From Cylindrospermopsis raciborskii Cr2010 (GTDB taxonomy: Bacteria; Cyanobacteriota; Cyanobacteriia; Cyanobacteriales; Nostocaceae): 32,000 nucleotides of DNA. Within the stretch, counting starts at the first letter, position 1, and each line of letters opens with the position of its first letter. Where the stretch lies: NCBI RefSeq assembly GCF_003367075.2, contig NZ_CP065936.1:1680001-1712000 (forward strand), read 5' to 3'. The position numbers were made by a program, and so were the translations under genes. Positions 26,159 through 32,000 of the stretch are shown here, one piece after another. The notes below the pieces were generated by a model, which saw only the letters and a program-made list of their open reading frames with translations, ran no database searches and was not told where the DNA came from.

Positions 26159-27490
26159 TTAATTGGGTGATGGAGTTAGATTCTCTCTTATATCAATTTT
26201 ACCTGTGACAGCAGCTGAGATGAGTGCTGTTCGGTATTCTTTGAGTTTGTCAATACTGATGCGGGTCTTGGTGACTAGGGTGTCGATTTTGGCAGTTTCT
26301 CTATCTAGGAATTGGGCGATCGCTTGTTGTTCAGAGAGGGGGGGGAGGGTGATGAAAAGACTGGTTATTTGTTCTGGGCTAACACGAGGCATTTTAGTCC
26401 CATAGGTAAAAGAGTTAACCTGATTAATAAATCCTTCTGCGATTAGTTGATAAAAAAGAAACTTACCATTGACCTCTTGACTCGTTTTTAATGCCAATAA
26501 CTCAGTAGTACTTACCCCTTGAAACTCAGCCAAAAATACTTTTGCTAAGTAGGGACGTAGCTTGCCGAAAAGTACGTCACCCTTTTCAAAACAAGAAACT
26601 GTGCTTTCCACATTCTCTACAGGAGTATCTAATAAAAGTCTTCCCGTTTTTGATTCAATGTGTTCAAGTCCGAGGTAAGGTAGGTGGTCGGGTTTTTGAG
26701 TTAACTTCACCGAAGAGACTGGCGCTACATATTTCAATCGTATCATTTTCCAACCCTCCGGAATTTTTCCCAACCACTCAATCCCAGAATCCTTCATCGG
26801 AGCATCAGGATTTAGTCCCTTAGTGACCGCATGGCTAATCAGTGCGGTGCGCTTCTCCTTGAGAAGTTCGATTAATCGCTCCTTCTTGGCAATCAAGGTG
26901 TCGATTTTGGCAGTTTCTCTATCTAAAAATCGGGCGATCGCTTGTTGTTCAGTGAGGGGGGGAGCAGGAATACGAATAGAGCGAATTTTCTCTTGATTTA
27001 TGTTTGGTTGTCCTCCTCCGGAAGACAAGAGTATCAATTCATTTCTCCTCATCCATAGCCAGTAAAATGCAAATTTTGCATTTATCGAAATTGGATTAGC
27101 TAATGCACAACAGGCTTGATTAGTACAAGCAGTTATCCCAAGGATACCTAATCGCCCAATTGTTGCCCCATACATGGCTATGAGCAAGGTTCCAGGAGGA
27201 TATAAATTTAAAACAGAATGATCTAGTAAAGCCTTGTTGGTTAGCTTAGCACTTGTATCAGTGATTACCTTTTCTCTTAGCTCTGATGTATTCACCCAAG
27301 GAATGTTACCTTCGTAATAGTCATAATGATTAGTAGAAGGTGTTGTTCCACTTCCTATTTTTTGGAAAGCATGACTAACTTTCCTCACCTCCCAACCCTC
27401 CGGAATTTCCCCCAACCACTCAACCCCAGAATCCTTATACGCTGGATACCGCTTCCATCCTCTCTCCTGCTTAATCTCTACCTCACTCAT
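26159..27490 (-). CDS. hsdS: type I restriction enzyme specificity subunit
   Basis: 443 aa; two target-recognition halves each ending in AIA(R/Q)FLDRETAKIDTL...RTALIS(H/A)AVT. Confidence 0.95.
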   Translation of the reverse strand: MSEVEIKQERGWKRYPAYKDSGVEWLGEIPEGWEVRKVSHAFQKIGSGTTPSTNHYDYYEGNIPWVNTSELREKVITDTSAKLTNKALLDHSVLNLYPPGTLLIAMYGATIGRLGILGITACTNQACCALANPISINAKFAFYWLWMRRNELILLSSGGGQPNINQEKIRSIRIPAPPLTEQQAIARFLDRETAKIDTLIAKKERLIELLKEKRTALISHAVTKGLNPDAPMKDSGIEWLGKIPEGWKMIRLKYVAPVSSVKLTQKPDHLPYLGLEHIESKTGRLLLDTPVENVESTVSCFEKGDVLFGKLRPYLAKVFLAEFQGVSTTELLALKTSQEVNGKFLFYQLIAEGFINQVNSFTYGTKMPRVSPEQITSLFITLPPLSEQQAIAQFLDRETAKIDTLVTKTRISIDKLKEYRTALISAAVTGKIDIRENLTPSPN

Positions 27491-29517
27491 CCTGCTACCT
27501 CCCGCAACATTTCCAGTATATCCCCTTCAATTGCCTTAATTTCCGCTTCAATCTCCTCTAACGCCCGTGGGGGCTCATACTTATAAAAATACCGGTTGAA
27601 ATTAATTTCATAGCCCACCTTGCCAATCTCTCCATCCTTAACATCCCGCACGCTCTCGCTAATCCAAGCATCAGGTACATGGGGGGCCACTTCCCGCTGA
27701 AAATACTCCCTAATATCCTCCTTGAGTGGCACATTCTCAGTATCTCTTAACTCAGAATCAGCTTCAGGATGTCCCTGCTTATCCTCACAAACCTTCCCGG
27801 TGTCGTCTCGCTCAGAAAGTGCAGCAAGAATTGCCTTGTAAACCGGCGCTCCTATCGTTAATCCTTGGGACTTTATCGCTTTCTTTAACACCTTCTCAAA
27901 TTGGTCACGATCTTTATATAATGTATCTGGTAAGTTATAAAGCATGGACAAAATTAGCCTCTGCTGCTCCCTGCCAGCCTGTTCCTCAGTTGCCTTTACC
28001 TCGGCGCTCTTTTTCTTGCTTACCGCCAAACTAATAAATCCAGGTTGCTCCTTAATCTTTACTATGCGCTCCGGTGATGCCTGAAAGTTTAATCGCAGGG
28101 GACGCTCAACAGTAATTTTACGATAACCAAAATCTTGAGTGTCAAAAATCTTGCTGACTTCTGAAGACTCAAAACTCTGGAAAATTCTGGTTATCTCCTC
28201 AATATACTGGGAACTGACCTCCCGTCGCTTACTCCCTAAACTCTTCCGCATCGGTATCCAAAACTCAGAGGCGTTAATGAGTTGCACCTTCCCTTTTCTC
28301 TCAGGAGACTTGTGGTTGGTTAGAACCCAGATGTATGTGGCAATACCCGTGTTATAAAAAAGCTGCTCGGGCAAAGCTGCGATCGCTTCTAACCAGTCAT
28401 TCTCCAAAATCCACCGCCGAATCTCGCTCTCGCCACTTCCCGCATCTCCGGTAAACAATGGCGAACCATTCATCACTATGGCCACGCGACTTCCACCCTG
28501 CTCAACCGGTTTCATACGTGAGAGCATGTGCTGCAAAAATAGGAGTTGACCATCACTTATGCGTGGTGTTCCTGCTGAAAAACGACCACCTGGTTTTTGC
28601 GCTTCCGCTTCCACTGCATCTTTGTCCCGCTTCCAATCTTTTCCGTAGGGTGGATTGGCCAGGAGATAGTCAAAGGTTCTGTCGCTGTGCTGATCATGGG
28701 AAAGAGTACTGCCAAATTTAATATTTTCAGCATCTTTGCCATCTATGCTCTTCATATACAGATCGGATTTGCACACCGCAAAGGTTTCCGGATTCACTTC
28801 CTGTCCAAAAAGAAATACTTGAGCTTTGGAATTGAGTTCGAGGATGCGATCTTTGGCAATAGTCAGCATTCCTCCTGAACCGCAGCAAGGATCGCAAACT
28901 GTGCGGTTAATGTATTCCTGGCTCAATTGGGCTTTATCCTGAGCGAAGATGAGGTTGACCATCAACTGGATAACCTCCCTCGGTGTGAAGTGTTCTCCCG
29001 GATTTTCATCCAGGGCCTCATTGAATTTACGGATTAGCTCCTCAAATATATATCCCATCTCCAGATTAGAAACTTTGTCCGGATGTAGGTCTATATTCTT
29101 AAACCGCTCAGTAACCAAAAATAGCAGCTCCGACTGTTCCAGCTTATCAATGGTGTTGGGAAAGTCAAATTTCTCCAACACTTCGCGCATATTGGCACTA
29201 AAGCTGTTAATGTATAGTTTCAAATTAGCAGCAAGGTGCTTGGGATCATCCAGCAGCTTCTGAAAGTCGTAGGGGGCGCTGTTGTAGAAAGCAAAGCCCG
29301 ATTTCTTGCACAGGAAGGAGTCCAGGTTATCTAGTTTGTTTTTGTAATGGTCGTAGGCTTCTAAGACCTCCACTTTGGTTGGTTGAAGTACGCAGTCTAG
29401 GCGGCGCAACACGGTAAAAGGAAGAATGACATCTTGATATTTGCCACGCTTAAAGGTATCCCGGATAAGATCGGCGATACTCCAAATGAAATTGACCTTT
29501 TCTCCAAAATTTTGCAT
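27487..29517 (-). CDS. hsdM: type I restriction enzyme methyltransferase subunit
   Basis: 676 aa; VCDPCCGSGGMLTIAKD and LLANPPYGKDW N6-adenine methylase motifs; 4-nt overlap with hsdS. Confidence 0.95.
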   Translation of the reverse strand: MQNFGEKVNFIWSIADLIRDTFKRGKYQDVILPFTVLRRLDCVLQPTKVEVLEAYDHYKNKLDNLDSFLCKKSGFAFYNSAPYDFQKLLDDPKHLAANLKLYINSFSANMREVLEKFDFPNTIDKLEQSELLFLVTERFKNIDLHPDKVSNLEMGYIFEELIRKFNEALDENPGEHFTPREVIQLMVNLIFAQDKAQLSQEYINRTVCDPCCGSGGMLTIAKDRILELNSKAQVFLFGQEVNPETFAVCKSDLYMKSIDGKDAENIKFGSTLSHDQHSDRTFDYLLANPPYGKDWKRDKDAVEAEAQKPGGRFSAGTPRISDGQLLFLQHMLSRMKPVEQGGSRVAIVMNGSPLFTGDAGSGESEIRRWILENDWLEAIAALPEQLFYNTGIATYIWVLTNHKSPERKGKVQLINASEFWIPMRKSLGSKRREVSSQYIEEITRIFQSFESSEVSKIFDTQDFGYRKITVERPLRLNFQASPERIVKIKEQPGFISLAVSKKKSAEVKATEEQAGREQQRLILSMLYNLPDTLYKDRDQFEKVLKKAIKSQGLTIGAPVYKAILAALSERDDTGKVCEDKQGHPEADSELRDTENVPLKEDIREYFQREVAPHVPDAWISESVRDVKDGEIGKVGYEINFNRYFYKYEPPRALEEIEAEIKAIEGDILEMLREVAG

Positions 29518-29546
29518 AATAATACTTGTATTTATAGATCAGGATT

Positions 29547-30629
29547 TTATATTTTCTCTGGGTCAATCCCAAGAGAACGTAGATAAGCAGCTAGTTTTTC
29601 TTTTTGTTGGCGCTCCTGTTCTTTAGCTTCTCGTTCCTGTTCTTTAGCCATGCGTTCCTGAGATGCGATCGCTTCCGCTAGCTCTTTAGCTTCTCGTTCC
29701 TGTTCCTTAGCCATGCGTTCCTGAGATGCGATCGCTTCTGCTCGCTCTTTAGCTTCTCGTTCCTGTTCTTTAGCGAGACGCTCTTGAGATGCGATAGTTT
29801 CTGCTTGCTCTCTAGCCAGACGCTCTTGAGATGCGATAGTTTCTGCTTGCTCTTTAGCCAGACGCTCACGAATAGCGATCGCTTCCGCTTGTTCCGCAAG
29901 CTCATTTCCTGTCAATAAGAGATTCCCCTTATTATCCCACCATCTTAACCACGGTGTGGGTGGTTTCTGGTTGTCATACAGTATTCCCAACTCTATACCC
30001 ATCTCCGGTATGGCATAGTGTCCTCGCATATTCGCCTTTATTTCTTTGTATCTTTTTCTCTCTAAATGATATACCTCTAGTGTACCCTTAAACCCATTAA
30101 ATATGGCATAATATGGTATCTTTACCGCTTGTTCATACACCCAAAACTTCCCCGCTTTTTTTAGTTTCCCGGTTTCTGGATCTATTTCATCCCCTTCTGG
30201 TGGAGGGGAACTGTCTTTTTCCTCCTTTCCATTTTTAGACGCGAATTCTATCACTATGAAGGGAGGTACTTTTTCCTTCCATAGCACATATGACCTTCTC
30301 AATTGCCCATTTAGTCTGGATGGCACTCCGGGAACATAGAACCAGTCTGGTGCTTCTACCCCTTTTTCTGGAGGATCTGTGAATCGCCAATATATGCCAC
30401 TATCCTGTCCTATACAATAGTCTCCGTTGGGATGGATTTTTTTCAGTAATGGTTCAATTGATGTGGTTAATATTATGCTTTGTGGGTGTTCTTGGAAATT
30501 TTTCACAAAATCGTCATCGGAGTCCGGTAACTGGGTATGGTCTGGTAGGTCCAGGGGTTCCTCAGGGAGGGTTACATTTTGGGTGGTGGTTGAAGATTGG
30601 GGCACGGTAAGAGGGGGTACGGGGTTCAT
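29547..30629 (-). CDS. Uma2-family endonuclease-like protein with long C-terminal coiled-coil repeats
   Basis: 360 aa; PPFIVIEFASKNGKEEKD..., KFWVYEQAVKIPYYAIFNG, then repeated LA(R/K)EQ(A/E)...IASQER units. Confidence 0.85.
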   Translation of the reverse strand: MNPVPPLTVPQSSTTTQNVTLPEEPLDLPDHTQLPDSDDDFVKNFQEHPQSIILTTSIEPLLKKIHPNGDYCIGQDSGIYWRFTDPPEKGVEAPDWFYVPGVPSRLNGQLRRSYVLWKEKVPPFIVIEFASKNGKEEKDSSPPPEGDEIDPETGKLKKAGKFWVYEQAVKIPYYAIFNGFKGTLEVYHLERKRYKEIKANMRGHYAIPEMGIELGILYDNQKPPTPWLRWWDNKGNLLLTGNELAEQAEAIAIRERLAKEQAETIASQERLAREQAETIASQERLAKEQEREAKERAEAIASQERMAKEQEREAKELAEAIASQERMAKEQEREAKEQERQQKEKLAAYLRSLGIDPEKI

Positions 30630-30756
30630 TTTTGCCCTCAGCTAGGGGGATTTAACCTAATTTTAGCAACTGTTTTTGGTTTCGTGTTGTTTTTTTTGAC
30701 CGGTGAAATATCTGATAGTTTAGAACCCAACCCGCATTATATTTAGCATAAGGATT

Positions 30757-31677
30757 TTATATTTTCTCCGGGTCAATCCCAAGAGAACGTAGATAAGCAG
30801 CTAGTTTTTCTTTTTGTTGGCGCTCCTGAGATGCGATAGTTTCTGCTTGCTCTCTAGCCAGACGCTCCTGAGATGCGATAGTTTCTGCTTGCTCTTTAGC
30901 CAGACGCTCACGAATAGCGATCGCTTCCGCTTGTTCCGCAAGCTCATTTCCTGTCAATAAGAGATTCCCCTTATTATCCCACCATCTTAACCACTGTGTG
31001 GGTGGTTTCTGGTTGTCATACAGTATTCCCAATTCTATACCCATCTCCGGTATGGCATAGTGTCCTCGCCTATTCGCCTTTATTTCTTTGTATCTTTTTC
31101 TCTCTAAATGATATACCTCTAGTGTACCCTTAAAACCATTAAATATGGCATAATATGGTATTTTTACCGCTTGTTCGTACACCCAAAACTTCCCCGCTTT
31201 TTTTAGTTTCCCGGTTTCTGGATCTATTTCATCCCCTTCTGGTGGAGGGGAACTGTCTTTTTCCTCCTTTCCATTTTTAGACGCAAATTCTATCACTATG
31301 AAGGGAGGTACTTTTTCCTTCCATAGCACATATGACCTTCTCAATTGCCCATTTAGCCTGGATGGTACTCCGGGAACATAGAACCAGTCTGGTGCTTCTA
31401 CCCCTTTTTCTGGAGGTTCTGTGAATCGCCAATATATGCCACTATCCTGTCCTATACAATAGTCTCCGTTGGGATGGATTTTTTTCAGTAATGGTTCAAT
31501 TGATGTGGTTAATATTATGCTTTGCGGGTGTTCTTGGAAATTTTTCACAAAATCGTCATTGGAGTCCGGTAACTGGGTATGGTCTGGTAGGTCCAGGGGT
31601 TCCTCAGGGAGGGAAGTGGTTACATTTTGGGTGGTGGTTGAAGATTGGGGCACGGTAAGAGGGGGTACGGGGTTCAT
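30757..31677 (-). CDS. Uma2-family paralog with shorter coiled-coil tail
   Basis: 306 aa, nearly identical to 29547..30629 except for fewer tail repeat units. Confidence 0.85.
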   Translation of the reverse strand: MNPVPPLTVPQSSTTTQNVTTSLPEEPLDLPDHTQLPDSNDDFVKNFQEHPQSIILTTSIEPLLKKIHPNGDYCIGQDSGIYWRFTEPPEKGVEAPDWFYVPGVPSRLNGQLRRSYVLWKEKVPPFIVIEFASKNGKEEKDSSPPPEGDEIDPETGKLKKAGKFWVYEQAVKIPYYAIFNGFKGTLEVYHLERKRYKEIKANRRGHYAIPEMGIELGILYDNQKPPTQWLRWWDNKGNLLLTGNELAEQAEAIAIRERLAKEQAETIASQERLAREQAETIASQERQQKEKLAAYLRSLGIDPEKI

Positions 31678-31804
31678 TTTTGCCCTCAGCTAAGGGGATT
31701 TAACCTAATTTTAGCAACTATTTTTGGTTTCGTGTTGTTTTTTTTGACCGGGGAAATATCTGATAGTTTGGAACCCAACCCGCATTATATTTAGCATAAG
31801 GATT

Positions 31805-32000
31805 TTATATTTTCTCTGGGTCAATCCCAAGGGAACGTAGATAAGCAGCTAGTTTTTCTTTTTGTTGGCGCTCCTGTTCTTTAGCTTCTCGTTCCTGTTC
31901 TTTAGCTTCTCGTTCCTGTTCTTTAGCCATGCGTTCCTGAGATGCAATAGTTTCTGCTCGCTCTTTAGCTTCTCGTTCCTGTTCTTTAGCCATGCGTTCT
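31805..32000 (-). CDS. C-terminal tail of a third Uma2-family paralog, truncated by window end
   Basis: MAKEQEREAKERAETIASQERMAKEQEREAKEQ...KLAAYLRSLGIDPEKI; same C-terminus as the two upstream paralogs; frame open to the window edge. Confidence 0.75.
   Translation of the reverse strand, partial: ERMAKEQEREAKERAETIASQERMAKEQEREAKEQEREAKEQERQQKEKLAAYLRSLGIDPEKI

Noticed and set aside
23952-29263. Many ORFs of 60-102 aa antisense to hsdR, hsdS and hsdM
   Set aside because: They overlap well-supported type I restriction genes and lack independent support.
30427-31693. Plus-strand ORFs 30427..30645 and 31469..31693
   Set aside because: Antisense to the N-terminal coding region of the two Uma2 paralogs; their similarity to each other just reflects the gene duplication.

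Overview
The window looks like a chromosomal segment from a filamentous cyanobacterium. This is inferred from DUF2499/DUF3593 neighbours, HIP1 GCGATCGC sites and SphS/SphR/PhoU; no database search was run. Left part (1-5.4 kb): housekeeping genes, namely tRNA-Ser(GCT), hisA, and a phosphate-type response regulator, histidine kinase and PhoU. From 5.5 to 7 kb there are gene remnants. These include an AAA-ATPase/PD-(D/E)XK fragment pair, an autotransporter C-terminal fragment, and a vestigial CRISPR leader fused to part of a repeat. Centre (7.0-19.2 kb): a type III-B-like (Cmr) CRISPR locus on the minus strand. It encodes Cas10/Cmr2 without an HD domain, Cmr3-like, Cmr4-like, Cmr5 and a fused Cmr6-Cmr1-like RAMP. 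Two candidate cyclic-oligoadenylate effectors follow: a CARF-HEPN Csx1/Csx2-family protein, and a CARF protein whose C-terminus resembles a RelE toxin (Cami1-like). A divergently oriented array has 33 perfect 36-nt repeats and 32 spacers. No cas1, cas2 or cas6 is visible. The Cmr4-like protein appears to have Asn where the catalytic Asp is expected, so the system may be a signalling-only type III complex. The last CRISPR repeat abuts a 5'-truncated solute-binding/thiaminase-I-like gene. Right part: DUF456 gene, a 10-copy 130-bp tandem array, a Uma2 gene, folA, a type I restriction-modification operon (hsdM-hsdS-hsdR), and tandem Uma2 paralogs with variable coiled-coil tails. A ~115-bp hairpin-bearing dispersed repeat recurs through the window and brackets the two CARF effector genes.
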